From: Octopus sinensis
Lineage: Eukaryota
Reading direction: 5' to 3'
DNA: 64,000 nucleotides
Assembly (NCBI RefSeq): GCF_006345805.1
Contig: NC_042997.1
Coordinates: forward strand, 157,108,001-157,172,000
How positions within the stretch are numbered: position 1 is the stretch's first letter; each line of letters opens with the position of its first letter. This document shows, piece by piece, positions 40,915 through 55,633 of the stretch. Both the position numbers and the translations under genes were made by a program. Under the pieces are notes generated by a model. It had not been told where the DNA came from. It worked only from the letters and a program-made list of their open reading frames with translations, and made no database searches.

Positions 40915-41110
40915 AGGGTGTACCATTTCAATTCAAACGACTTCAATTTTCAGTGTCATAGTTTAGCTATTATCATTAACAAATCGCAAGGGCAAACATT
41001 TTCGATTGCCGGTTTACACATTGAAGTGCCTTGCTTCACTCATGGTCATCTTTACGTTGAATGTTCAAGAATAAGAAGTAAGAAAAATCTTTACATCTAT
41101 GCACTAAGTG
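40915..41110 (+). pseudogene. Helitron Pif1-like helicase C-terminal fragment
   Basis: VPFQFKRLQFSV, then after a frameshift LAIIINKSQGQTFSIAGLHIEVPCFTHGHLYVECSRI, matching the Helitron helicase motifs TINKSQGQT / FSHGQLYVAxSR. Confidence 0.85.
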
Positions 41111-41302
41111 GGGGCGGGCGGGGGGAACAGTTTATGGCGACATTATAAATTGCCTCAAACAATGTAAAACTCCATCCTGCTCAAGAGGCCTATCTGCTGG
41201 GAAAGACGCAGTCTGATATGGAATATAAATCGAAATAAAGGCAATCTAATATGAAAATTAACAGACAACGATAAACTACGTAGCTGGTATGTATGTATAT
41301 AT

Positions 41303-41334
<32 letters not shown>

Positions 41335-43401
41335 TGTTTATAGGTATGTTGGTGCAAACAGGATAAATAGAATTCCCAATATGAGTACACATATATTTTT
41401 ATTAATATTTAGCAGAAACTAAATATTAATAATATTATATATAAGCTGAATAGTAAATAAATTAGTTTTACATATATATAATTCAAAGGTCAACTGAATG
41501 GACGGGAGTTACGTGAAATAAAGTCTCTTACTTAAGGACACAACGCGTCACCGTGATTCGAACTTACGACCTTAGGATCCTGCGCCGAATACCCTAGCCA
41601 TTAAGCCACACGCCTTCTCGACTAATTTGAAATCTCAATTTTAAAGATAGCAGTTTTAACAGTTTTCAAAAGGCGGTCCGTTGTTGTTGACCAGCTCGAA
41701 GATATCTTAATTGAATGAATCTATGAAGAAATGTATTACAGCCATTACTATTTCGTGGGATTAGAGTATGTAAGGACTACATTATCTAACAATTTTCTGT
41801 TATTTCAGACAAAAAGGTACATATTTGCTATTTTTAATAGGTTGAACTATCACATTGAGATTTCCTCGTTGGCTCATTTGGGAATAGGGGTGAGATGGGA
41901 ATGTTGCATTGTTGTAAAACCAACAAAAAATTCTACTTTAGTTATTTGATATGAATATTTATATGGCCACGCAGAGACATTCATACCTCATATAGTCACG
42001 TACGTACATATACATTTGCTGTATGCTAGGTCAAATTAGATCTAACATCCCAAGAAACAGGTGGTGATTTGAATGGACAACACTTACTCAGTTTGATATG
42101 TTTAGATGCGGTGAGGGGTGAAGAAACTAACGTTTCGGATACATGCCCTTCATCACATAGTGAATAAGATAGGGAAAGTATTGTCCCTATGACCGCACAC
42201 TATCACAAATGTAGTATAACTTTTTGCTTCTCCACAGAAGAGATGAACTCATAAAACTCTTCTGTAAATTGTTCGAAATTACAGTGTGGCGTTTATGCAG
42301 TAGCTATTTTGACAATCTGGTAGAAGAGGGTAATTTAAATGTAATGTGTTTCAGTCACAGACAGAATGCATGATGTGTATTTATAGTTGCTTGGGGCTCT
42401 CCTATTCCACCATAAGCCGAACACCAATCATGCGTACTCAGTTGTTTGATGAACTGAAATAATTTTCTATAATTTCCTAAAATTCTAAACTTTAGAATAG
42501 TTTATTCATAAAACTTGCCCTGAGAAGGCAACCAATTTTGTTTTTGTTTCTTGCTTAGTCAAGAAGCACAACCCTAAATTGTTACAAGAAAAACATACAT
42601 ATATATACACACATGCACAGATACACATACACATGCACACTTTCAAACATGAAGGAAAAGCCTCAACCCAACCCTTCCTGAAAACAAACTACAAATAAAA
42701 AAAAACACTACACTACATTTCTGAATGTCATCATTACCAAAATAACAACAACAACAATTATTATTATTATTATTATTTGTCAAAAGAATGAAAATGAAAT
42801 CAAACAGTGAAAAATAAACCCCCAAAATTTAACAAGCAAAATGTTTGTTTCCTTGAAATTCTTCAGAAGTCTCGCCTCTGCCGACGTTTTGATTTCTAGA
42901 CGTTGAAGATCTTTTCTAGATATTTTCAACAAAATATTCCAGTTCAGGGAAGTTTTGCTGTAGACCTTCAATCTCTGATTGTAACAAACTAACTAGTTCT
43001 GATATCTAGTTAAGATAACAGGCTGACGTAAAACGTTGCAAAAATTCTAACACGCACACACACCATATAGATACGCACGTACATACATGCACGTACATAC
43101 ACACTGTGAAATTCGTATACTGACAGTAACACTCGCATTCAGTAACACTCGCATACACACTCATACCTATGCACGCGCATACAGATGTTAACACACATAT
43201 GTGCACATACAATCGCGCTCACACGTACACACACACTTACTCATCCAAATCACACACATATACACTCACACACGATCACCCACAAATACACGCACACACG
43301 AATGTGTGTGTGTGTGTATACACACATATATATATATATATACACATATATACATATACACACACATATATATATATATACACACACACACATATATATA
43401 T

Positions 43402-43434
<33 letters not shown>

Positions 43435-43454
43435 CACACATATATACATATATA

Positions 43455-43501
<47 letters not shown>

Positions 43502-43884
43502 GTATATACATATATATAATCACACGCACACACAAACACACATAGATTCATGCACAAAAATCATTCCCAAATAACATACACACACACATGCACATTCACA
43601 CACGCACGCGCTCGCACTTTTATGCCAGTAAACAGTAGAAAATATATTGCATTTTTTTAAAGAATTTTCTAATTGCTGTTACATAACATTGAAGTCTGGA
43701 GTTGTTTTCCTTTTAAACTTCGTAAGTTCATTATATGAGGTGCTGTTTTCTGTTTTTTTTTTCTCAGGAAAATTCAATTGAGGAGGCAAGATTAAATACT
43801 TGATAGACAAAGATTAACATCAGCTTTCTTTTGGTTTGTTTGTTTGTGTGAGTGAGCGTTTTTCTCTTCTAATTCTTTATCTAC

Positions 43885-44490
43885 ATGACTGTGTGGTTAA
43901 GAAACTCGCTTCGCAGCCACGTGGTTTCAGGTTCAGTTCCACTCTGCGGTTCCTTGGGCATGTGCCTTTTATTGTAATCCTTGGTCAAACAATGCTTTGT
44001 GAATGAATTTGGTAGATGGAAACTAAAACACTGTCGTATATACATATGTGTGTGTGTGTGTGTGTGTGTCTTTCTATCTATGTTTGTCACCATCCCAGTG
44101 CCTGACGACTTGGATAGGCTCGCTTACGTTAAGGCGGCGAGCTGGCAGAAACCATAGCACGCTGGGCGAAATGCTTAGCGGTATTTCGTTTGCCGTTACG
44201 TTCTGAGTTCAAATTCGATTAAATAAGTTACGCACTGGGGTCGATATAATCGACTTAATCCGTTTGTCTGTCCCTGTATGTCCTCTCTGTGTTTAGCCTC
44301 TTGTGGGTGGTAAAGAAATAGGTTCATTTACGTTTCTGCAACGTAGTGGTGCGGTAAAAGGGCACGATAAAATGAGGACAGGATTTAAAAACATTCTAAG
44401 TACTGGGGTCGATTTGTTCGACTAAGACCTTACAAGGCGGTGCCTCAGTATGGCACAGTCTAATGAATGAAACAAGTAAAAGATAAACAG
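43885..44490 (+). mobile_element. SINE family A copy with nested family B SINE (44131-44320)
   Basis: The family A head and tail are separated by a family B insert. ggctcgcttacgtt before it and ggttcatttacgtt after it resemble a degenerate TSD. Confidence 0.7.
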
Positions 44491-45571
44491 CTAAGGCTTT
44501 CCTCCTTATAAAATGTGTGGTATTGTGCTTATGGTACAAAGCGACTAATTACAATTCACATCTCGGCTGTATTATAGGAGTATTAAACTGGCACCAAGGC
44601 TGGAGAGAATCGAAAGCAGAACTTAAAGAGCCGTTAATAAATACCATCAGCTATTTTTCGTCGGACACGTTAACGTATCGATCAATGCACAGAGATCATA
44701 CTGGGAAATGTCTTTATATAACTAGGCGTTCCATCCTTATTTACAAGACACAGGGAAAATGCTTGAGTTACAACCCTTGCCTTATACAACTTCACACTAT
44801 ATCGCAAATTTCGCCGATGTAAAGATTTTAAATTGTTACATCACATTCAAGTGATCTCCAGTTCTCGTCAAAGGATCGCTATGGCATGAAAGTCGAATAT
44901 CAAGAAAAAGAAATTCAGATGATATAAATAACACTCACTAAAACATGAATTGAGCATTGTCTTCCTGTTCCTTGAAATCTAGAGTACACACACACATGCA
45001 AATATGCATGTATGTATGTATGTATATATATACATATACATGTATATATTATATATATATTATATATATATATATAATATATATTATATACACACACACA
45101 ATACAAATACACATGTAGACATATACGTGACGTGCTTATATATACATATTGAGAGATAGATACATGTGTATATATCTGCATAGGTATACATATGCTTTTA
45201 TATATATATATGTGTATATATATACATACACACACACACACACACCCATATACATACATGTACATACACATACACACACACACACATACACACAGATATA
45301 CTCACATAGAATGGTAAATAAAGAGAAGAGGAATGCGATCGTAATTTACGATGTAACCAAACTAATTTATTTCACTTCTCGTCTCATAAAAAAAAGACAC
45401 TCTTCTTTTATATATATATATATATTTTTTTATACTTAAATTGACATTTATGTCTGTCGTTTTTCCTCCGGAGTCTGAACATGTCCCAACTATTGCTCAA
45501 GCATCAACAATCGACCTTCCTTTAAACTGAACCTAAATCTCTCTGCACAACAGCTAGTTTCTTCCCCCCTC

Positions 45572-46004
45572 TCTTCTTCTTCTTCTTCTTCTTCTTCTTC
45601 TTCTTCTTCTTCTTCTTCTTCTTCTTCTTCTTCTTCTTCTTCTTCTTCTTCTTCTTCTTCTTCTTCTTCTTCTTCTTCTTCTTCTTCTTCTTCTCCTCCT
45701 TCTTTTTCTTCTTCTTCTTCTTCTTCTTCCTCTTCATTCTTCTTCCTTCTTCTTCTTCTTCTTCTTCTTCTTCTAAATATTTCAATTTTACTTTCTTTTA
45801 ATTAATTCTTTCCATATTCAACTTTCATTCAAGAATCCCGAAAACCGCCGCCGCCGCCGCACCGTCACCACCACCACCACCACCACCACCTTGCTACCAC
45901 TCGTCACCACTACTGCCACCACCACTACCTTCTTACTCTCAGTACCTCGTCACCTCTAACTTCACCACCTCAAGCACTACCACCACCCCACTCCATCACC
46001 GCCG

Positions 46005-46067
<63 letters not shown>

Positions 46068-46170
46068 TCTAACTCTCGGTACCTCATTACCTCAAACTTC
46101 ACCACCTCAAGTACTCCCCACCACTACCACCACCACCACCACAACAACAACAACAACAACAGCAACAGCA
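45572..46170. repeat. Trinucleotide repeat cluster (TTC)n, (CCG)n, (CAC)n, (TAC)n, (CAA)n
   Basis: Read directly. (TTC)n spans ~45572-45773. Confidence 0.95.
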
Positions 46171-46479
46171 TCACCAGCGGCAACTACACCGCATCATCTT
46201 TTCCTCCCACACTCATTAATTCATCGTATTTGGTGCTGAAGTCCGGAAAGGTTGGTATGGCGACATGAAGTCTGCGTCTCCCAACGGTGTCGACATAACG
46301 ATGTCTTCAAAATATAAGGGATCTTTGCCACCCATTTATACCCACAACTTCGTCTCCACAACTCCTGGAACGTGAACATGCCTAGATAGCATAACTGTAG
46401 TCACACAAACACACACATACACACAGAGTCTCTCTCTCTTTCTCAATTCAATCTCTTTTTCTCGTTCTTTACATATCTT

Positions 46480-47040
<561 letters not shown>

Positions 47041-47138
47041 AATGAATCCTTATATATGATTTTATGTATCATTACTTTCTTTTTCTTTATCACATCACTT
47101 CTTTTAATTCAATCCCCCCCTTCTCTTTGTCTCGATAT

Positions 47139-47241
<103 letters not shown>

Positions 47242-48750
47242 TTTGCGTATCAAGTTCATTCATTCTTCAAGAAGCACCACCACCACTAACACCACGATAT
47301 GTCTGCTTCCCTCTGTGTCTATAGTTTTCTTTGACAGTCTATTTCTTCCCTCATGTCAAATCTGTCTCTTATCTTTTCATTACATCTCTCTTTTCATTTC
47401 GTCTTTGTTTCTTCCAAACTCTCTTCCTCAACTCACTCCTGCGTAGTTGGTTTCCCCACTTTCTTCTGTCTTCCTCACACAAACCCTCTCCCTTCCACTC
47501 ACCCATATGTCACGACCCTTTCTTTACTAAACTGTTTTTTCTTTTTTTTTCACGCACTTTTACTGTTTTACTTGTTACAGTCACTGAATTGTGGCCATGT
47601 CTTGAATGGTTGTGGTCGATCATATTGACTCCAGTTCTTTGAAAATTTCTTATAAATTTTAAAACAATTTCTTTGTCAATGCAAAACCAGAAACAAAGAC
47701 ACGAAGACACACACACATACACATGCGCGCATACAAACACACATATGAGGTGGTTCCATAAAGTTTCTGCTTGCTTATTTCAATCACAAGGCATTGGTCG
47801 GCTCGAGGCTTATAATAGAAGTCGGCTTGCTCCAAATGCTTGCTTGCTCCAGTAAGATAGAACTCGGGGCCATTGTGGTTGTGAATTGTTAATCATACAG
47901 CCTTCTAATTTTTCTTTTCTTCGTTATATACACTTGCAGACACTCAGGAATATAGAGCGATATACACTTTTAGCACCACCACCACCACCACCATCATCAT
48001 CCTCATTCCCAGCAGCAGCAGCAGCAGGGTAGGTTAGCAGAACACCTAAAGATCTCATCAAAAGGCTTAGAATTTAGTTACATTGTATTGTGTTTAGAGC
48101 TTGAAACCCCCCACCGACAGTTTTTTTTTTTTGCCTCTTCACCTCTACAGGGTTCATCAAATGAGTGCCAATCATAGCGTGGGGTCGATATAGACGACTA
48201 AGGTCTCCCTACCATTCAAAGTGTGTGGTATTGTGCTTATGCTAGAAAGATGTTGAATTACTGAAATAGGAGAGCTTCAGACAAATGCCTCTTCAGCTTA
48301 CACAATCACTCATACGGTATGTCCTCTTATGCTCCAAGATAAACTGTCAAAAATATCGAATTTGCTTATGAATATTACTGAATTGATAAAATAAGTAACT
48401 CTCAAAGAATACGGCGATTTAATCAACTGAAGCTATCCTACAAATTTGTTTTTATCCATCAGCAGTATAACCTGTATTAAAGAAATCTCAGCTGAAGAAC
48501 ATAGTCAAGAACATCCTCTAGAAAACTATATTATCGAATATAGTCATTCCATTTATAAGAGACTAGATGTTATTCAAAGTTAGCTTCTTTTTTCCTGTTC
48601 ATTATTTACGCGGGATGGTTTATATGGTATTTCTCAGTTAAACACAAATCACATTGTTATGAACTGCCGAATGAAATATTTGCTTTCGGTTGACTTAGTG
48701 TTTATACTTCATTTGTAAAACAAATACATGGTTCTCCTTCACTTCCTCTG

Positions 48751-48789
<39 letters not shown>

Positions 48790-49348
48790 GACTGCGTGTA
48801 TAGAAAATTTATCGGAATATTGCTCCTGTTAGTTTCAAAACTTATAGGTAAATCCTCAGATTGGTCCAAAGGGTTCTGTGCATCTGAATATATGATATTG
48901 ACATGGATCCTTATCCTCATTAGCTAAGCGCGTGCGTATGTGTGTGTGTGTATGTGTGTGTGTATGTGCGTGTGTGTGCGGGCGTGCTTGTGGGTATATT
49001 TGTGTATGTCAAATGAATCAGTAAAAACCAATTACTTCGTATTTGTCAATATAACATTATGTGAAAGCAGATCTGCGTTATTTCAGAGAATAGTGCTCCA
49101 GCATAGCCTTTATTACGATGACTAAAATAAACTAAAGAACTTTTTTTTAAAAAGAGACAAGAAAAGAAGTCCTTCTCCTACAGCGTTATCATTCTATCTC
49201 CAAATATTTCACGCTTCAATTGCTACAAGACCCTTAAAACTAGTTTAATACTTTTCTAACATAGACCAGACCTTAAATATAATGTTGACATTTTGATAAC
49301 TAGGATGATTATAAACAAAAATGTAAAGCTGGAATCACTTAATAAATA

Positions 49349-49383
<35 letters not shown>

Positions 49384-50313
49384 AATGATAATGATAATAA
49401 TAATATTAATAATAATGATGATGATGGTGATGATAAAGAGGAGGAGGATTATACTGGTAACTAATACACACAAATGTACACGCATGCATATACATATAGA
49501 CTTAAATGTATACATGTATATACATATATACATATATATACCTATATATATACACCTACATTTATGTATCTACAAACATACACAACACACACACACACAC
49601 GCATACACATAATGTACATGTATATTTATATATTGTACATTCATAGATACACACATATATATAGGCATATGTGTGTATATATAAAGGGTGTGTATGGGAG
49701 AGAGAGAGTGGGGAACAGAAGTGTTTGGCAGATATATTAATAGTTTTGTTAATGTAGTAATGATAATCCTAAATAATGGATCTCTTAGACGCAAAAGAGG
49801 CTAAAAATAGCATTAAAATAAAGCTGTATATTCGAAAATGTAGCATTAAAGTTATATTTTTGGAGAAATTCTTCAGTTTTTGACAGTTTCTCTCTTTTCT
49901 TTTTCCACACATCGTTATTTATCGGTGTTGCGTTTGTAAGAGGTTTAAATCGTTTTTCTATGTGTAAAATCGGAGGTTTCCCTTGCATAGACAGTTTTCG
50001 AGCGGATGCTTACTCTAGTTTTCAACATGTTTAAGCATAGATATTTACTTCGGTACCAAAGGCGTTAGACACGGAGAAACATCTCAAACTTGATGTCAAA
50101 TCACATAGTCTTTTAGTTGTTTCAATTATAGAATTGCGACCATGCTAAGGCGCCGCCTTAAAGAGTTTAGTCAATCAAATCGACCCCAGTACCTGGCGTT
50201 TATTCTATGAATCTCTTTTGCGGAACTGATAAGTTACGAGAACGTAAACTTATCACACCGGTTGTTAAGAAACAGTTACAAAGACACACGCGTACACACG
50301 TACGCACACACGT

Positions 50314-50419
<106 letters not shown>

Positions 50420-50699
50420 ACACACTCACGCGCACGCACGCACACACACACAAACACACATACGCAGACACACATGTCTGAACCAAATTCACTTACAAGG
50501 CATTAATGGACCCGGGACGGTAGTAAGAGATTAGACTAAACCCGAAATGACGTAGATGCAAAGTAAATTTCTCAAACACACACACAACCATAGCTGTACC
50601 AATCTCCATGTCAGCCCTGATTGAGCAGATGCACGATAAAATATGTTCCAGTTATCATCATTCCTTCATTACTGAAAGACTCTAATATTGTCTAATCGA

Positions 50700-51316
50700 A
50701 GTCAGAATCGTTAACATGCCGGACGAAATGCTTAGCGGCATTTCGTCCGTCTTGACTTCTGAGCTCAAATTCCACCGTGGTCGGCTTTGCCTTTCATCCT
50801 TTCGGGGTCGATAAAATAAGTACCAGTTGAACATCGGAGTCGATGGAATTGCTGGCCTTATGCTGAAATTTGAAACCAATATCGCCTGACCAAAGACTCA
50901 ATGATATGTCTGTACGGTGTTTTTTAGGTTGCATCTGGATTACATGTATGTGCGGAAGTTTTATGTAAGGAGTAAATATTGTCTAGCCTACAACGAAACG
51001 AGGTAAAGTAGTAAGAAATGACAGCAAGTAATTTCTGTACAGAAGTGTGTGAGAAACATATAAAACTACCAGCCAATCATTCTGTATTTCTTGAGTTTTA
51101 GTTACAGATATAAACACGCAAACGAATAAACAATTTGTTGCATGCTTAAGAAATAAATAATTAAAATTGACAAGTAACCCTCCAAGATAAAGTACAGTAC
51201 CTTTTTTAAAATTTAATATGTCCCGCTGGGGGTGCAAACAAACTATAGGCTATTGACATTTGTCCTTCTGTAAAAACATTCATCATTGTTGGCCTAAGGC
51301 TTCATTCCAATTAAGA

Positions 51317-51387
<71 letters not shown>

Positions 51388-51963
51388 GGACGTGATGGAG
51401 AGAGATTCAATAGAGCGTTGGGCTAAAACACCTTACAATATTTAGTTACCGTTCCTAATGTTCTGGTTTCGAATCCTGCCGAGATCAATTTTGTATTGCA
51501 TTCTTTTGGAGTCGATAAAATAAAGTACTAACCAACTCTCCTAAAACTGCTGGCTTTGAACCTAAGATTACTAGAGGTTAGGGCGTTGCGCTCATGATCG
51601 TAAGATTGTGGTTTCGATTCTGGATAAAGTGATGTGATCTGTTTTTAAGCAAAACACTTCATTTTACGTTATTCCAGTCCACTCACTTAGCTGGAAAAAA
51701 AATGAGTAATGCTAAGACGGGCTGGTGCCCTATCTAGGCGACGAGCTGGTAGAATTGTCAGCACACCGGACTAATTGCTTAACGGCATTTCGTCCGCTTT
51801 TGCGCTCTGAGCTCAAATTCCGCCGAGATCGACTATACGTTTCATCCTTTCCGGGGTCGATAAAGTAAGTGCCAGCCAAATACTGGGATCAATGTAATCG
51901 ACTTAACCCCTTCCCCCAAATTTGAGGCCTTGTGCTTTCAGTAAGAAAGATTATTATTAATAC

Positions 51964-52002
<39 letters not shown>

Positions 52003-52330
52003 GGCGGTGAGCTGGCAGAATCGTTTGTATTCTGGGCAAAATGGTTAGTGGCATTTTGTCCGTCTTTACCTTGTGAGTTCAAATTCCGCCGAGGTCGACT
52101 TTACCTTTCATCCTTTAGGAGTCGATGAAATTAGTACCAGTTGATGGGGTCGATGTAATCGACTAGTCCCCTTACACCAATTTCTGGCCTTGTGCCTATA
52201 GTCGAAAGGATTATTATTATTATTATTATTAGGGTGTGACGGCAAGAGAATCGATTGCGGATCCGGCTAAATTGCCATACAGTATTCAGTTACCGTCTCC
52301 GATATCGACTTTGCCTTTTATCATCATTGT
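50700..52330 (+). mobile_element. Cluster of SINE family B-related copies with (ATT)n tails
   Basis: Repeated ggcgg(t/c)gagctggcagaa...aaattccgccgag...ggtcgataaa units at ~50700, 51390, 51737 and 52003, separated by (TTA)n. Confidence 0.7.
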
Positions 52331-53790
52331 CAACATCAACAACACTGGTGAATCCTATCGCTTTTAATGGATTTCACTCTGTGGCAAATATTCGTGACCA
52401 TACTGTGCATCGATGTCCTCTATATTTCCCCAGATATTTAAATCAATAGCAAAATCCTCTGGACTATTATTCCTCCCTTCTTTCACGTTTCTAAACTCCG
52501 ACCGAACATCGTTGATTTGTAACACATTGACCACTCATTCAATTCTTTTCCGAGACAAAACTCTCAACCTTTTTACATAAATTCTTTCTGCAGTCCAGGT
52601 TATAAACTGTGTCTAAATTTTGCTTTGAAAAGTTGCTGTCTGCGCATATGTCGATGTAGATTGCCGTTCTTTCAACACTCACCCACATCACTCATAACTT
52701 GCTGTTACCTCAGTTCAAAGTTTCCTTTTCTCATTCCCCCAAATACATCTGATCTCATCTCTCTACCGTTCGCTTAATTCCCACAAATACCAACGACGTT
52801 TTGAACATTCTACTTCTTGTATTGAAGACATTTATCCCAACCCTCTCTAAAATCACCGTTCTCGATGATAACAAATCTCTTTATGTCTTTCGCAGTAAAC
52901 CCATATTGATGCTGCCAGTGCAAAAACCGAATCTATTTCAACTGGGCTCATATCCCAATCTCATCCCTGACAAACACACTTATACTCCGCGCTCCTTTGA
53001 TCTATTTCTCAGTTCCAGACCATCATCATTTCTGCACATATAGTCTTACTCGACTACCCACCAGAAATCCACAAACTACACGAGGAGATCAAACTACACT
53101 TCTGATCCCCATGACACTCCAAGTTAGCTGATAGACTGGAGCTCTGCCAATTCTATACTAAGAGTCTCTGGTAGTACACGTACTTCATTTTAGCCCATCA
53201 GAAACAACTAAGTAGTACCTGAAACAATCCTCTTAGCCATGTACCTCCACGTACTACACACACCCAAAACTCAAGCCTATTCCCTGTCGTTCACTCAACT
53301 ATGCTGCAATAGTTCAGGCAAAGAACACAGCCTCCAACGCTTGAAGTTAGACCCCCATCCACATAAATTAGCTCACAAATTTCTTATGATAGTCTTCTTT
53401 GAAGACTATCAACTCAATAGCTACATGTATTGCACAGTTCGTAAGGTGTGCCACCTCCTGATTTGTAACCCATCCTTTTTGTCTCTTATCAACCGATTGT
53501 TTAACAAGTTTTAGAAATTCTACTTTTGTGACTTCCCAAACGCTTTGGTTCAGTAAACGGTACTCCCGCAGAGAAAGCGTCTACATTGCATTCTTGAATA
53601 AACTGCACACATACTTGGTAACTCTACTCCAAAAACTATTTCTTCCTACTCTACCAGAGTCAACCTACGCATATATACACTAAAAGTGAAAACATCCCCC
53701 ATTAAGGATTAGTTGCAAAACACGTTTAAGGAAGGGATACAATATATATATATTATATATTATAATTATATATATTATATATATATATAT

Positions 53791-53825
<35 letters not shown>

Positions 53826-53827
<2 letters not shown>

Positions 53828-54042
53828 ATCCAATAAAGAAAACACAAAAAAAAAACACAACAACGCGAGGACATGGAACAAATTAGTATTATTGGACGCT
53901 CAGGAAAGAAGGGAAGAAGGAGGGTTTACGTTTCGAGCAGAGCTCTTCGTCGGAAACATAGGAGAAGGAAAGATCCCGAGAAAGGAAGACAGGAAAGAAA
54001 ATCGCCAACGGTACACACGAGGTCACATTTTGAAAGACCGGA

Positions 54043-54045
<3 letters not shown>
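53826..54045 (-). mobile_element. Short hammerhead-carrying interspersed element, copy 2
   Basis: Same family as 5033-5215, with (TA)n on both sides. Confidence 0.75.
53924..53957 (-). ncRNA. Minimal hammerhead motif, mutated core
   Basis: Minus strand reads GTTT-CCGACGA-A-GAGC TCT GCTC-GAA-ACGT-AAAC. U4 is changed to C and it is one base shorter at the cleavage site. Confidence 0.5.
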
Positions 54046-54091
<46 letters not shown>

Positions 54092-54149
54092 CATATATAC
54101 ATAGATGCATACATACATGCATGCATACATACATACATACATACATACA

Positions 54150-54182
<33 letters not shown>

Positions 54183-54252
54183 TATAAGGCGCGAAATGTT
54201 AAGCGGTATTTCGTCCGCCGTTACGTTCTGAGTTCAAATTCCGCCGAGGTCA

Positions 54253-54776
54253 ACACGGCCTCAGGCTCAACAGCGGCCTACATCAAGTGCTTGGAGGAAG
54301 AAGGGCTGCTCTGGGTCAAGAGGCTGGCTGCTGGAAGACCCTATGTCTGGCAACAAGACTCTGATCCTGTCATTCAAGCTGGAGAACCCATTCATGGCGG
54401 TCAGACAATTTCTGCGATTACATCGCCCCTAACATCTGGCCAACTAACTCTCCCAAACTGCAACCAGCTTGATTATTATGTGTGGGGCGCAGTTGAGCGA
54501 CAAACCAACAAACTTCTTGAAACACCAAGGATGAACTGAAGGCAAGGATTATGGTAGTATTCACCAACTTAAACAAGAAGACCGTTCAGATGATTTGCTG
54601 AGATTCCAAAGTGGTATGGGGGCTGTGGTTGAAGCCAATGGCGATTTTATTGAATAAATTTACTCTTTAATATTTCAAGATATTTTTTATGTAATTTTGG
54701 TTAATATATCTGTTAAAATGAGATGTCAGTGTAACTTCCATTTTTGCGTAATTTAGACAATTATTTACTGCTCCCT
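54253..54776 (+). mobile_element. Second, 5'-truncated copy of the maT-like element
   Basis: AYIKCLEEEGLLWVKRLAAGRPYVWQQDS and CNQLDYYVWGAVERQTNK. The 3' non-coding part matches 17320-17444. Confidence 0.8.
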
Positions 54777-54809
54777 CCCCCCTCTCTCTCTCTCTCTCCT
54801 CTCTCTCTC

Positions 54810-54862
<53 letters not shown>

Positions 54863-54902
54863 TATATATTAGATATATATATTATATATATATATATTAC
54901 AC

Positions 54903-55562
54903 ACTATCAGATAAGCCCGGTTTCACCCGGTAGTTTTGGACGATGTGGCTGTAAAACCTACTTTGTATAAGCATTCGACTTGTTTGGGCACGCTTACGTT
55001 AAAAAAACAACTTTAGAATGACTTTTTTTGTTCGTCAAAACTCTAAAACTAACTGCCCCCCACCAAAAAAAAAGACTAAAAATAAACCAAGATTCAACCA
55101 AATCAAAAAATAAACCCAAATATTAACCCACGAAGGTATGGGGGTAAAAACATTAAAAAATCACAAGTGCAAAGATTATTTGAGAACGTACGTTTCTAGA
55201 TCAGCCAAATACAATTCGACATTTCTTTCGTCAGCTCAAAATTTCTTAATTCGGATTTGTAAACACTGAAAGTAGGAGCATACCCTTTTGGCGACTTTTC
55301 ACCTCCGAAGATCCGTTCAAAACTAACAGTGCCAACAAATTCAAAATATGCAAGCGAAGAATTTCTGCCCTCCTTTCCACCCACCGTGGGCTAAACTAGC
55401 AAACCCATGTTTTATCGGTGAAAACCGAAGCATTAAACAGAGAGAAATGAATTATAATTTCAACAATTGAGGGTAAAATTAATTAATTATTAATCAATTT
55501 CACCAAGTATTCAGTATGTAAAGGGACCATTTAAGGCGAATTCAAATATTACATTTTATAGA
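54903..55562 (-). mobile_element. Possible non-autonomous Helitron-like element
   Basis: Minus strand begins TCTATAAAA and ends with the hairpin CCGGGTGAAACCGG followed by GCTTATCTGATAG|T. The terminus is non-canonical and it is a single copy here. Confidence 0.35.
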
Positions 55563-55566
55563 GGGC

Positions 55567-55633
<67 letters not shown>

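Larger units (their letters stand above)
38550..41335. repeat. Tandem duplication, period ~1381 bp, two near-identical copies
   Basis: cgacaggcttctttcagattccg at 38620 and 40001. Both copies end ctacgtagctggtatgtatg followed by (TA)n(CA)n. Confidence 0.95.

Noticed and set aside
45522-45785. Poly-K/E ORF
   Set aside because: Translation of the (GAA)n tract.
46210-46380. Short minus-strand ORFs ([10 protein letters not shown]..., MGGKDPLYFEDIV...) as Prrx exon 1
   Set aside because: They end in stop codons without a convincing phase-1 donor and show no similarity to Prrx N-termini.
52480-53640. Possible ancient CR1/L2 ORF2 remnant
   Set aside because: The composition is LINE-like, but I could not read diagnostic RT motifs with confidence.
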